In this document: positions 44,985-54,722 of the stretch, one piece after another
Position numbering within the stretch: position 1 is the first letter of the stretch
Layout: each line of letters starts with the position of its first letter
Source: an uncultured Mycoplasmatota bacterium
GTDB taxonomy: Bacteria; Bacillota_I; Bacilli_A; RF39; UBA660
Direction: 5' to 3'
DNA: 64,000 bases
NCBI GenBank assembly: GCA_900545005.1
Contig: UQXO01000007.1
Coordinates: forward strand, 11,126-75,125
Notes under the pieces: generated by a model
Databases searched by the model: none
Told to the model about the DNA's origin: nothing
What the model saw: the letters and a program-made list of their open reading frames with translations, nothing else
Made by a program: the position numbers and the translations under genes

Positions 44985-45027
44985 TATAAATAATAAAAAT
45001 AAGCCCATAATAAAAATGGGTGATTAG

Positions 45028-45864
45028 ATGAAAAATTTACTTAGCTATAGTCTTGTTTTAATATTTATTGGGATTATAGTTTTTTTAAATCCTGTTAAAA
45101 TATCTGAACAGTCAGTAACTCATAATCAAAATCTAGGAATAGATACGACGAGTAGAGAAGATAAAATTACCAATGAAGAAGATAATTCTAAAAGAAATGA
45201 AATCCTAGATGAAAATAATGATATTGATGATAAAGAAAAAGATAATATTAAAGAAAAGAAACCCCTTAAATATGTAGCTTTAACTTTTGATGATGGTCCT
45301 AGTAGTTTTACGGAAGAAATCATCGATTTATTACAAAAATACAATTATAATGCAACCTTTTTTGTCCTCGGAAATAAGCTTAATCTTAATTATAAAGATA
45401 TTTTAAAGAAGTCAATTAAAAATGGTAATGAAATAGGAGTTCATGGTTATTCTCATCGTTCATTTACTAAAATGCGCCAAGCTACTATGGAAGAAGAAAT
45501 TACTAAGACTAAAAAATATATTAAAAACTTAACTGGTTATGAATCCACTTTAGTAAGACCACCCTATGGAAATATTACGAAAACTATCAAAAATTATAAT
45601 CTAGGACCTTATATTCTTTGGAATAATGATACCCTAGATTGGAAATTAAGAGATGCTAATAAAATATCATCAAGATTAATTAATAGTATTGAAGATAAGA
45701 GTATTATTTTGATGCATGATACTTATTTAACGACTTTTAAAGCTCTAGAGATAATTTTACCTTACTTAAAAGAAAATAATTATGTTGTAACTACGGTCTC
45801 TAAAATCTATGAATTAAATGGAATTACTTTAGAAAATAATAAGAGCTATCGTTATATTAAATAA
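45028..45864 (+). CDS. polysaccharide deacetylase (NodB homology, peptidoglycan deacetylase-like)
   Basis: VALTFDDGPS, HGYSH and LMHD NodB motifs. Signal anchor plus an acidic linker. Confidence 0.85.
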   Translation: MKNLLSYSLVLIFIGIIVFLNPVKISEQSVTHNQNLGIDTTSREDKITNEEDNSKRNEILDENNDIDDKEKDNIKEKKPLKYVALTFDDGPSSFTEEIIDLLQKYNYNATFFVLGNKLNLNYKDILKKSIKNGNEIGVHGYSHRSFTKMRQATMEEEITKTKKYIKNLTGYESTLVRPPYGNITKTIKNYNLGPYILWNNDTLDWKLRDANKISSRLINSIEDKSIILMHDTYLTTFKALEIILPYLKENNYVVTTVSKIYELNGITLENNKSYRYIK

Positions 45865-46240
45865 GAGGAAGTTCTTCATCAATAACATCACTCTTAGAGG
45901 CTACATATAGACTTATGGCCCCTCCAATTAAAAAGAGAATACTAGCTATAAAGATTAAATCGGTATAGAATTTTTTCTTCTTATTAGAATTATATCTTGT
46001 TAAGCTAGTCTCATCTTGATAAGCTATATAAACAAAATAAATATAAATTAAAAGAATAACTGTTAAAACAACTTTATTAATATTTTGAAATTTCTTTTTG
46101 TAGAAAGGTTGATTAGTCTTAAGATAAAGTTTTTCTAAATAATTAGAGTATAAATTAAAACCGATTAAAAAAATATAGATAATCCATATAAAGCTTTCTA
46201 TATCAATTCGTTTTAATGATAGTTTCTTTTCTGTATCCAT
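45857..46240 (-). CDS. hypothetical membrane protein
   Basis: 127 aa with three TM helices and no motif. Convergent with and slightly overlapping the deacetylase. Confidence 0.4.
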   Translation of the reverse strand: MDTEKKLSLKRIDIESFIWIIYIFLIGFNLYSNYLEKLYLKTNQPFYKKKFQNINKVVLTVILLIYIYFVYIAYQDETSLTRYNSNKKKKFYTDLIFIASILFLIGGAISLYVASKSDVIDEELPLI

Positions 46241-46378
46241 ACTAAATTATATGAGCAAGATGATTATTTTCATACAAGAAATAAGCCTTTTTAAATTTAC
46301 TATAAGTAAAACAAAGAAACTTATTTCTAAAAAAATAAATAGTTTAAACGAAAATTATTAAAAATAATAAAAAAACAG

Positions 46379-46407
46379 TTGCAAAATAAATTAAAGTTTA
46401 GTAAAAT
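46379..46407 (+). promoter_or_regulatory. sigma-A type promoter (TTGCAA-17-TAAAAT) for the tRNA pair
   Basis: Hexamers at 46379..46384 and 46402..46407, 21 nt upstream of tRNA-Ile. Confidence 0.5.
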
Positions 46408-46427
46408 TAAGAAGTCAGCAAGAAAAT

Positions 46428-46504
<77 letters not shown>

Positions 46505-46516
46505 TTTTATTTTACT

Positions 46517-46592
46517 GGCCTGTTGGTGAAGCGGTTAACACATATGCCTTTCACGCATACATACATGGGTTCAAATCCCGTACAGGTCACCA
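46517..46592 (+). tRNA. tRNA-Glu (TTC)
   Basis: Acceptor GGCCTGT/ACAGGTC, anticodon stem TATGC/GCATA with loop CTTTCAC, T-loop GGTTCAAATCC, encoded CCA. Confidence 0.9.
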
Positions 46593-46602
46593 ATTGACAA
46601 TC

Positions 46603-46627
46603 AAAGCCCCGTGTTGTGGGCTTTTTT
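46603..46627 (+). terminator. rho-independent terminator after the tRNA pair
   Basis: Stem AAAGCCC/GGGCTTT, 8-nt loop, T-run. Confidence 0.65.
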
Positions 46628-46711
46628 AATTTATCAGATATTTAAAAACCGTAAGGACAAGTTGGACTTTAAAACCCAAGTTTCCTATGTTATAATAAGA
46701 CCGGTGATTTT

Positions 46712-46984
46712 GTGAAAAAAGAAAAAGATTATTTTCAAACCGAAGAAGGAAAATTTATTAAACATCAAGTAAAAAAAATTAAGATTGAAGGAATTTTATG
46801 TCTTGCTTTAGGACTCATTTACTTAGTATTTAATATCTATCAAAAAGAAAAATGGTATATGTATTTAGTAACTTTAGCTTTATTTGTCTTTGGCATTTAT
46901 TTTCTTTATCAAGCAAATAAGATTAAAATTACGAAACAACTACTTTATAATTATAAAGTAAATAATGAGGAAAAAAAGGAGTAA
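46712..46984 (+). CDS. hypothetical small membrane protein (2 TM)
   Basis: GTG start after a GGTGA RBS. Two hydrophobic helices. Immediately upstream of ruvX. Confidence 0.4.
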   Translation: MKKEKDYFQTEEGKFIKHQVKKIKIEGILCLALGLIYLVFNIYQKEKWYMYLVTLALFVFGIYFLYQANKIKITKQLLYNYKVNNEEKKE

Positions 46985-46987
46985 AAA

Positions 46988-47413
46988 ATGAGTACAATTG
47001 GTCTTGATCTTGGCACGAGAACCTTAGGAGTAGCAATCTCTAGAACTGGATTAATAGCGGGTCCTTATACTCTTTTAAAATATCAAGATGAAAACTATGA
47101 TTATTTAGCTTCTGAGATTAAAAAAATTGTTTTAAAAGAGCAGGTTGATTCTATAGCGTTAGGATTTCCTAAGAATATGAATAATACTTGTGGCTTTGCT
47201 ACCGAGCGAACTATGAAATTCTTAAATGTTTTAAAGAATTATGTCGAGGTTCCGATTACTTTGATTGATGAAAGATTGAGTACGGTGGAAGCTAATAATA
47301 TCCTGCTTACTAATGATATGTCAAGAAAGAAAAGAAAAGAAATTATAGATGTAACAGCGGCGATGATTATACTTGATACTTATTTAAAGAAAAGGAATAA
47401 TAATGAAAAATAA
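46988..47413 (+). CDS. ruvX: putative pre-16S rRNA nuclease / Holliday junction resolvase-like RuvX (YqgF)
   Basis: IGLDLGTRTLGVAIS N-terminal motif and DERLST motif. Synteny with yrzB and mltG. Confidence 0.9.
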   Translation: MSTIGLDLGTRTLGVAISRTGLIAGPYTLLKYQDENYDYLASEIKKIVLKEQVDSIALGFPKNMNNTCGFATERTMKFLNVLKNYVEVPITLIDERLSTVEANNILLTNDMSRKKRKEIIDVTAAMIILDTYLKKRNNNEK

Positions 47414-47681
47414 TAAAATTAGATTAATAAATGATGCGGGGGAAGAAAAAGAATTTGACCCATTATTTACTTTTGAAAGTGATGAAACCAAGAAAAGTTA
47501 CATTGTCTATACTGACCATGAAAAAGATAAGGATGGTAAAGAAAAAGTTTATGCCTCTATCTATGATAGTACCGGTAAAGACAATAATCTTTATCCAATT
47601 GAAACGGAAAAAGAATGGAATTTAATTTTCAATGTTTTAGAATCAATTCAAAAGAAGTTGGAAGAAGAACAACATGTCTAA
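47403..47681 (+). CDS. yrzB: DUF1292 protein (YrzB-like)
   Basis: IRLINDAGEEKEFDPLFTFESDETKKSYIVYTD...EKEWNLIFNVLE matches the DUF1292 pattern. Conserved position between ruvX and mltG. Confidence 0.8.
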   Translation: MKNNKIRLINDAGEEKEFDPLFTFESDETKKSYIVYTDHEKDKDGKEKVYASIYDSTGKDNNLYPIETEKEWNLIFNVLESIQKKLEEEQHV

Positions 47682-48747
47682 GAAAAAACTCAAGATTATA
47701 ACTATTATTATAATAATTTTAATTCTTCTTATTGGTCTTCCTCTTAGTATTTATGCTAGTCTTTTAAGACCAGTTAATAAAAAAGATAGTACCCTAATTA
47801 CTTTTGATATTCCTTATAAGACTTCTTCTAATGAGGTTTTAAATTCTTTAGAAGCACAAGGTCTTATTAAGAGTAGCTTGATAGCTAAGATTTATATGAA
47901 AACTCATCAGATAACTAATATTCAAGCAGGAACTTATATTCTTAGTAAAGATATGGATTTAAAGACTATTTTAAATAAATTTACGACAGGGAAAGTCTTA
48001 GATGATGAGATTACCATTACTTTTATTGAAGGAAAAAGACTAAGTTATTATGTTAATCTAATTACAAAGAATTTTTCTTATACGGCTTCCGAGATTAATG
48101 ATGTCTTAAATGATAAAGAATTTTTAAAAGAATTAATAGATAAGTATTGGTTTATTACGGATGAAATCCTTAATAAAGATATTTATTATCCTTTAGAAGG
48201 GTATATTTTTCCTGATACTTATAACTTTAAGAAAGATGCTACCATTAAAGAGATAATATTAACTCTAATTGAAGGTTTAAATACTAAGTTAGAGCCTTAT
48301 AAAGATACTATTTTAAATAGTGGATATACTCCTCATGAAATCTTAACTTTAGCTTCTATAGTGGAGTTAGAAGGGGTAGATGATAGTTCTCGTAGTAAGG
48401 TTGCTGGCGTCTTTTATAACCGTTTAAAATCCGGTTGGACTTTAGGTAGTGATGTAACGACTTATTATGCTTTCAAGAAAGATTTCTCTAGTGAGTTAAC
48501 TCTTGAAGAATATAATAAATGTAATCCCTATAATACAAGATCTGCTTGTGTTAAAGGGCTTCCTGTGGGACCCATTTGTGCCAGTGGCTTAGAAAGTCTA
48601 AAAGCAACAATTAACCCGGAGACTACCGAATACTACTATTTTGTAGCCGATAAAAATAAAAATACTTACTATGCTAAGACAGATAGTGAATTTAATGCCA
48701 TAATAACTGATTTGAAAAATAAAAACTTATGGTATACTTATAATTAA
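47674..48747 (+). CDS. mltG: endolytic murein transglycosylase MltG (YceG)
   Basis: N-terminal TM helix, LysM-like region, and YceG motifs LASIVELEG...YNRL...LGSDVT..Y and YNTR. Confidence 0.9.
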   Translation: MSKKKLKIITIIIIILILLIGLPLSIYASLLRPVNKKDSTLITFDIPYKTSSNEVLNSLEAQGLIKSSLIAKIYMKTHQITNIQAGTYILSKDMDLKTILNKFTTGKVLDDEITITFIEGKRLSYYVNLITKNFSYTASEINDVLNDKEFLKELIDKYWFITDEILNKDIYYPLEGYIFPDTYNFKKDATIKEIILTLIEGLNTKLEPYKDTILNSGYTPHEILTLASIVELEGVDDSSRSKVAGVFYNRLKSGWTLGSDVTTYYAFKKDFSSELTLEEYNKCNPYNTRSACVKGLPVGPICASGLESLKATINPETTEYYYFVADKNKNTYYAKTDSEFNAIITDLKNKNLWYTYN

Positions 48748-48761
48748 AAGGTGTGATAAAA

Positions 48762-49355
48762 ATGAAAGAACAAATACAAGAAATAGAAAAATATGCAAAA
48801 GAAAATAATGTTCCCATAATTGAAAAAGAATCAATTTGTTATATAATGAAATATATTAAAGAACATAATATTAAAAATATCTTAGAGATTGGTAGTGCCA
48901 TTGGCTATTCGGCTATTTTAATGGCCTCTAGTAATGTAAATACGACAGTTACGACCATTGAACGCGATGAGGCTCGTTATATGGAGTGTCTAAAGAATAT
49001 TAAAAAATGTGGTCTTGATAAGAAGATTAATGTTGTTTATCAAGATGCTCTTGATGTCAACTTGACGGGGGTTTCTTATGACCTTATCTTTATTGATGCC
49101 GCTAAAGGCCAATATACGAAATTTTTTGAAAAATATAAGTATTTCTTAAATAAAGGTGGCGTTATTATAACGGATAATATTAATTTCCATGGTTATGTAG
49201 GAAAAAGCCAGACTATTGAAAGCAAAAATCTGCGTCAATTAGTTAGTAAAATTGAATCTTATCTTGAATTTTTAAAGAATAATGAGGAGTTTACTACAGA
49301 ATTTTTAAATATTGGAGATGGTATTAGTGTTAGTAGACGTAAAAATGAAGAATAA
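48762..49355 (+). CDS. trmR: class I SAM-dependent O-methyltransferase (YrrM/TrmR-like)
   Basis: ILEIGSAIGYSA SAM motif and DLIFIDAAK. Conserved yrrM-yrrN-yrrO arrangement after mltG. Confidence 0.75.
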   Translation: MKEQIQEIEKYAKENNVPIIEKESICYIMKYIKEHNIKNILEIGSAIGYSAILMASSNVNTTVTTIERDEARYMECLKNIKKCGLDKKINVVYQDALDVNLTGVSYDLIFIDAAKGQYTKFFEKYKYFLNKGGVIITDNINFHGYVGKSQTIESKNLRQLVSKIESYLEFLKNNEEFTTEFLNIGDGISVSRRKNEE

Positions 49356-50127
49356 ATTCTTGATTAGTTTAAATAATCTAGAAGAAATTGAAATCTATAA
49401 GAAAGAGGGAATAAATTCCTTCCTTTTACCTCTTAAGGACTATACAGTTGGGTATCCAAATACTTATAGTGTTTCCAAGATTAATAGTATTAATGAGACT
49501 AAATATTGTTTAATTAATAAAGTCTTAGATAATAAAGAAATAGATAATCTAGAGGATATATTACCAACTATAGATGTAAAAGGTTTTGTCATTGAAGATA
49601 TTGGGCTTATAAGACCTTTAAAAGCTCTAAAGAAAGAGATTATTCTCTTTATTAATCATTTCAATTGTAATTATAATTCTATTAATGAGTGGTTAAACTA
49701 TGTTGATAGTGTTTTTGTCTCAAATGAATTAACTAAAGAAGAATTAGAAGAAATAACTAAGAATGCCCATAAACCAGTGGTTTTACATCTATTTGGGTAT
49801 AATCAAGTTATGTATTCTAAAAGAAGTTTAGTAACTAACTATGAGACTCATTATCACTTGCCCTTAACAAATACTTTAGATATCGAAGATAAGATGGGAC
49901 AAGTTAAATTCCATTTATATCAAGATGCAGCCGGGACAGTAGCTTTATCTAATCATATTGCTACTTTAGATGTTTTAGATTTACCTAATGTTTATTATTA
50001 CTATTTAAATACTTCTTTTATTCCTTTAGAGACAACTTTGGCCTTTTTACGAAAAGAAGAGATTACTAATAGTGATGAAGGTTTTCTAAGACGAGCTACC
50101 GTATTTAAGATTGGAGACTTAAAATGA
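49345..50127 (+). CDS. peptidase U32 family protein (YrrN-like)
   Basis: Position and size match yrrN. ATGA-type overlap with the downstream U32 gene. The start is uncertain: 49312 or 49345. Confidence 0.6.
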   Translation: MKNKFLISLNNLEEIEIYKKEGINSFLLPLKDYTVGYPNTYSVSKINSINETKYCLINKVLDNKEIDNLEDILPTIDVKGFVIEDIGLIRPLKALKKEIILFINHFNCNYNSINEWLNYVDSVFVSNELTKEELEEITKNAHKPVVLHLFGYNQVMYSKRSLVTNYETHYHLPLTNTLDIEDKMGQVKFHLYQDAAGTVALSNHIATLDVLDLPNVYYYYLNTSFIPLETTLAFLRKEEITNSDEGFLRRATVFKIGDLK

Positions 50128-51305
50128 TTGAGTTATTAGCGCCCGCTGGGGATTTAGAAAAATTAAAAATAGCTCTTTTATATGGAGCTGATGCCGTTTA
50201 TGTGGGAGGAAGAGACTACTCATTACGCGCTAATGCGAAGAATTTTAGCTTAGAAGACTTGCGTGAAGGTGTTTTATATGCCCATAATCTTGGGAAAAAA
50301 GTTTATGTGACTGTTAATATTGTTCCTCATAATAAAGATACGGAAGGACTTAGTGACTACTTAAAAGCCTTAGATATTATTGGAATCGATGGTATTATTG
50401 TTAGTGATATTTATATTATGGCTTTACATAAGAAATTAAACTTAAAGATGGAGTTACATATTTCAACGCAAGCATCTACTTCTAATTACGAGACCGCTTT
50501 ATTTTATAAGAATTTAGGAGCTAAAAGAGTGGTTTTAGCAAGAGAAGCTTCCAAAGAAGATATTAAACGAATTAAAGAAGAAACTAATCTGGAATTAGAA
50601 TGCTTTATTCAAGGAGCAATGTGTACTAGTGTTAGTGGCCGTTGTGTGATGAGTAATTATGCTACGAATAGAGATTCTAATAGAGGTGGTTGTAGTCAGG
50701 TATGTAGATATGTCTTTACGACTAATAAGTATCCTAATGATTTTACAATGATGCCTAAAGACTTAAATATGGCCAAATATATTAAAGAGATGATTGCCGT
50801 AGGAGTTAATTCTTTTAAAGTTGAAGGCCGTATGCGAAGTATATATTATATTGCTACTGTTATTTCGATGTATCGTAGTATTATTGATAAAACCTTAGAT
50901 AATACAATTACCCCAAAGTATTTAGAGTATTCCAAAAAAATTCTTAATCGCTGTGCGAATAGAGACTCTGTACCTCAGTTTTTTCAGGGACATCCCAAAG
51001 AGACTGAACAATATTATCAAGATCGTACAGAAATAAGTAATCAAGATTTTTTAGGTATTGTAATAGAATATGATAAGGATAAATTAGAAGCTACAATAGA
51101 ACAAAGAAATTATTTTAAGACTGGTGATGTCATTGAAATCATTGGACCCCATAAGAAACCTGTAACTATCACGGTTCCTGAGATTTTTGATGAAGAGGGT
51201 AAACCTTTAGAAGTTGCTCGTCATCCCAGAGAAATAATTAAATTTAAGACCAGTGTACCACTAGAGAAAATGGATATGTTGAGACTAAAAGTGTTTGACA
51301 TTTAA
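50124..51305 (+). CDS. peptidase U32 family protein (YrrO-like)
   Basis: U32 signature ECFIQGAMCTSVSGRCVMS and N-terminal ELLAPAG. Confidence 0.85.
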   Translation: MIELLAPAGDLEKLKIALLYGADAVYVGGRDYSLRANAKNFSLEDLREGVLYAHNLGKKVYVTVNIVPHNKDTEGLSDYLKALDIIGIDGIIVSDIYIMALHKKLNLKMELHISTQASTSNYETALFYKNLGAKRVVLAREASKEDIKRIKEETNLELECFIQGAMCTSVSGRCVMSNYATNRDSNRGGCSQVCRYVFTTNKYPNDFTMMPKDLNMAKYIKEMIAVGVNSFKVEGRMRSIYYIATVISMYRSIIDKTLDNTITPKYLEYSKKILNRCANRDSVPQFFQGHPKETEQYYQDRTEISNQDFLGIVIEYDKDKLEATIEQRNYFKTGDVIEIIGPHKKPVTITVPEIFDEEGKPLEVARHPREIIKFKTSVPLEKMDMLRLKVFDI

Positions 51306-51356
51306 TTCTATTTGTAGTATCCTTAGATAGATAATTTTTTAGAGGAGAGAATAAAA

Positions 51357-51827
51357 ATGACAAAAGAACAAACAATTCTAATAACACCTCAAGGATATTT
51401 GGCGTTAGAAACTGAATTGAATGATTTAAAATTAAATAAAAGACCAGAAGTAATTGCTGCTCTTCAAGAAGCAAGAAGCTTAGGGGACTTATCGGAAAAT
51501 GCTGAATATGATGCGGCTCGTAATGAACAAGCTCAAGTAGAAGCAAGAATTAAGGAATTAGAATTTAAACTAGAACATTGCCAAGTTATGGATGGTAATT
51601 CTAAAGACACTGTTAGTGTTGGTTCTAGTGTAGTTTTAAACTATATAGATGATGATGAAGAAGAAGAATACTCTATTGTTGGCTCAATGGAAGCTGATCC
51701 TTTTGCCAATAAGATTTCTAATGAATCACCAATCGGAAAAGCTATTTTAGGTCACAAAGCAGGAGAAACTGTTAATGTTGTTACTCCTAATGGCTCTTAT
51801 GATGTAAAAATCGTTAAGATTGCTTAA
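51357..51827 (+). CDS. greA: transcription elongation factor GreA
   Basis: Coiled-coil N-domain with ARSLGDLSENAEYDAA, plus a C-terminal FKBP-like domain. Confidence 0.95.
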   Translation: MTKEQTILITPQGYLALETELNDLKLNKRPEVIAALQEARSLGDLSENAEYDAARNEQAQVEARIKELEFKLEHCQVMDGNSKDTVSVGSSVVLNYIDDDEEEEYSIVGSMEADPFANKISNESPIGKAILGHKAGETVNVVTPNGSYDVKIVKIA

Positions 51828-51890
51828 TTTTGTTGGTAAAATAGAAAAGAATAAGATATAATATAGAAGTTATTAGAAAAGGAAGATTTT

Positions 51891-53135
51891 ATGAATAATG
51901 TAAAGAAAATCGTAAAAGAATATAATGGGGAAGTATGGACTAAAGCTATTGGCAGTGCTTATGATAAAATTAAGAAAGATGTAACTGTTGATGGTTTTAG
52001 AAAAGGAATGGTTCCTTTTGATATGTTCGTTAGCAAAAACGGGGTAGAACCTTTGTATAATGATGCTATCGATATTTTACTTACTACGGAATATAAGAAA
52101 GTTTTCGATGAAGTAAAAGAAATTCCTGTAGTTCAACCATCAATTGATATTAAAAATATTAGTAAAGATGCCATTAGCATTGAATATACTTTTATTTCTA
52201 GTCCCGAAGTTAAGTTAGGAGCTTATAAAAACTTAGGTATTAAAAAAGAAACAGCGAAAGTAACAGCTAAAGAAGTAAAAGAAGAAATAGAAAAATTACA
52301 AGCTAAATATGCGGAAATCCAAGTTAAAGAAACTGGTAAAGTAGAAAATGGTAATACTGTTGTAATTGATTTTGAAGGTTTCTTAAATGGTAAGCCATTT
52401 GAAGGTGGTAAAGCTGAAAACTATCCATTAGAAATTGGCTCTCATACTTTTATTCCCGGTTTTGAAGAAGGCTTAATTGGAATGAGTACAGGTGAAGAAA
52501 AAGATTTAAACTTAACTTTCCCTGAAAACTATACTGAAGAACTTAAAGGTAAAAATGTAACTTTCAAAGTTAAAGTTAATATTATTAAAGAAAAAGTTTT
52601 ACCCGAAATTAATGAAGATTTCTTTAAAGATTTAGGCTATGATGATGTTAAGACTAAAGAAGAATTAGAAGCTAAAATTAAAGAACAAATTAAGACTCGT
52701 AAAGAAGCTGATATTGAAAATAAATATATTGATGAATGCTTAGAGGCTGCTACTTCTAATATGAAAGTTGAAATTAATCCTGAGATTATTGATGATGAAA
52801 TTCATAGAATGATTGATCAAATGAGTGAACAACTAAAAATGAATGGTATTACTTTAGAACAATACATGCAATTTACAGGGATGACTCATGAAGACTTGCA
52901 TAAACAATATGAAGAAATGGCTACTAAGAGAGTAAAAGAAAGATTCTTACTTGAGAATGTGGCTAAAGTAGAAAAGATTGAAGTTAGTGATAAAGATGCT
53001 GAAGCTAAAGCTGAAGAAATGGCTAAAAACTACGGCATGACTAAAGAAGATTTATTAAAAGAATTTGGTGGCTTAGACATGGTTAAATATGATATGAAAA
53101 TGCGTGCTGCTATCAATATTGTTAAGGGAGAATAA
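51891..53135 (+). CDS. tig: trigger factor
   Basis: GFRKGMVP ribosome-binding motif, central FKBP PPIase (VVIDFEGFLNGKPFEGG...FIPGFEEGLIGM) and a C-terminal chaperone domain. Confidence 0.9.
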   Translation: MNNVKKIVKEYNGEVWTKAIGSAYDKIKKDVTVDGFRKGMVPFDMFVSKNGVEPLYNDAIDILLTTEYKKVFDEVKEIPVVQPSIDIKNISKDAISIEYTFISSPEVKLGAYKNLGIKKETAKVTAKEVKEEIEKLQAKYAEIQVKETGKVENGNTVVIDFEGFLNGKPFEGGKAENYPLEIGSHTFIPGFEEGLIGMSTGEEKDLNLTFPENYTEELKGKNVTFKVKVNIIKEKVLPEINEDFFKDLGYDDVKTKEELEAKIKEQIKTRKEADIENKYIDECLEAATSNMKVEINPEIIDDEIHRMIDQMSEQLKMNGITLEQYMQFTGMTHEDLHKQYEEMATKRVKERFLLENVAKVEKIEVSDKDAEAKAEEMAKNYGMTKEDLLKEFGGLDMVKYDMKMRAAINIVKGE

Positions 53136-53251
53136 TTCTTCCTTTTTTTCTTAGCAAGTTATCATAAAAAAGTGTCTGTTAACTAAAAAAGATTGACAGA
53201 TGATATAGCAAGTGTTAAAATAAAAGTACATTGAAAGAAGGAGGAACAATT

Positions 53252-53527
53252 ATGGCTGTTAAATTAAGATTAAAAAGAATGGGTTCTAAACAAAAACCAT
53301 TTTATAGAATTGTAGCCGCTGACTCTAGATGTCCTAGAGATGGTAGATTTATTGAAACTGTTGGTACTTATAATCCTATTAAGACTCCAGCAGTAGTTAC
53401 TGTTGATGAAGAAAAAGCTCTTAAATGGTTAAATAATGGGGCTGAACCAACTGATACAGTTAAAAATATTCTAGCTCACGAAGGCATTATGAAGAAGTAT
53501 GCTGATTCAAAAAAGAAAGAAAACTAA
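53252..53527 (+). CDS. rpsP: 30S ribosomal protein S16
   Basis: [36 protein letters not shown] before ATG 53252. Confidence 0.95.
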   Translation: MAVKLRLKRMGSKQKPFYRIVAADSRCPRDGRFIETVGTYNPIKTPAVVTVDEEKALKWLNNGAEPTDTVKNILAHEGIMKKYADSKKKEN

Positions 53528-53530
53528 TTT

Positions 53531-53773
53531 ATGGAATTAAGAGAATTTACTGAATACCTAGTTAAATCAATTGTTAGTAATCCCGATAAAGTTCGTGTTA
53601 GCGAATTTAAGTTTGAAGATGGTCTGGTTTTGGAAGTTTTAGTTAGCGACACTGACCGTTCTAGTGTAATTGGAAAAGGTGGTAAGATGGCTAATTCCAT
53701 CCGTGTTCTTGTTCAAGCCAAGGCTTACATCATGAAATTAGGTAAAGTAAAGATAAATATTGATTCAATTTAG
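53531..53773 (+). CDS. ylqC: KH-domain RNA-binding protein (YlqC-like)
   Basis: 80 aa with the VIGKGGKMANSIR KH motif. Follows rpsP as in Bacilli. Confidence 0.85.
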   Translation: MELREFTEYLVKSIVSNPDKVRVSEFKFEDGLVLEVLVSDTDRSSVIGKGGKMANSIRVLVQAKAYIMKLGKVKINIDSI

Positions 53774-53797
53774 AAGGCGTTTATTCGTCTTTTTTTC
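53772..53797 (+). terminator. rho-independent terminator after rpsP-ylqC
   Basis: Stem with two G-U pairs (AGAAGGCG/CGTCTTTT) followed by a T-run. Confidence 0.45.
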
Positions 53798-53867
53798 TTT
53801 CTAAGATTAAAATTATCGCTCTTTTTCTTCCTAATTGTGAAAGTCTTGTGAAATTAGAAAAAATAAC

Positions 53868-53896
53868 TTGTAATTTACAAAATGATAACTTATAAT
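53868..53896 (+). promoter_or_regulatory. sigma-A type promoter (TTGTAA-17-TATAAT)
   Basis: Hexamers at 53868..53873 and 53891..53896, upstream of the 53920 cluster. Confidence 0.5.
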
Positions 53897-53919
53897 TAGA
53901 ACTTGCAGAAAAGAGGATC

Positions 53920-54378
53920 ATGATGAAAATAGAAATTAAAAAGATAAAAAAATATGCTAGTAGCGCTTTATTAGCCTTGGTGGTAACAGGCAGTTTAGTG
54001 GTGGCAATTAATGAATATACCGTTAATCATAACGACAATATTTGTTTATTAACAAGGATTGTTGGTTACGAGCATCAGATAACTAAAATTAATACTGATG
54101 AATATAATATTGAGAATGGCATCTTCGCCGTTTATAGTCCTAAATTATATGAATTACCTGATGGATATGTCTTAAACTATGATGATAAATTAGGTTATAA
54201 AACGGAAGAATCTTATATTGCCTATGATGTTAATAATAATAATGAACCTTATGTAGTTTCCGAAAATATTCGCACTACTGAGCCAACTTTTGAGCCTATT
54301 CCTAGTATTTTAATGGTTAAGACTATAGATAATAATCAGCCGAAAAGAGTAGTAATTAAGTCTTTAAGATTAAAGTGA
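53920..54378 (+). CDS. hypothetical N-terminally anchored protein
   Basis: One TM helix (ALLALVVTGSLVVAI) and an extracytoplasmic domain of about 115 aa with no motif. Confidence 0.5.
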   Translation: MMKIEIKKIKKYASSALLALVVTGSLVVAINEYTVNHNDNICLLTRIVGYEHQITKINTDEYNIENGIFAVYSPKLYELPDGYVLNYDDKLGYKTEESYIAYDVNNNNEPYVVSENIRTTEPTFEPIPSILMVKTIDNNQPKRVVIKSLRLK

Positions 54379-54384
54379 GGCATT

Positions 54385-54636
54385 ATGGAAGATTTAAGAT
54401 TTGTAAATAATAATATAACTTATTATGTTATAGCAACCTATTATGATGAAGAATATACGAAGAAAAACTATATTATCTATACCGATAAAAATCTAATAGA
54501 TAATAAACTGCAAGTATATTATTCTTTATATGAAAAAGTAAGTAATAAAGAAATAAAGCTTGTTGATATAAAGACCCCCCTAGAAAAAAAGGTGGCTTTA
54601 TCATTTTTAAAAGAAGTAATGAAGACTAGCAAATAG
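54385..54636 (+). CDS. small DUF1292-like protein
   Basis: YYVIATYYDEEYTKKNYIIYTD...LQVYYSLYEKV..EIKLVDIKTPLEK follows the DUF1292 pattern seen in 47403..47681. Starts 7 nt after the previous stop. Confidence 0.5.
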   Translation: MEDLRFVNNNITYYVIATYYDEEYTKKNYIIYTDKNLIDNKLQVYYSLYEKVSNKEIKLVDIKTPLEKKVALSFLKEVMKTSK

Positions 54637-54722
54637 TCTTTTTTTTCATGTATGAGACTTTCTTCAGCAAAATCCGACAATCATAAATAGTATGATTATC
54701 TCGAAAGAAAGAGAGAATAATT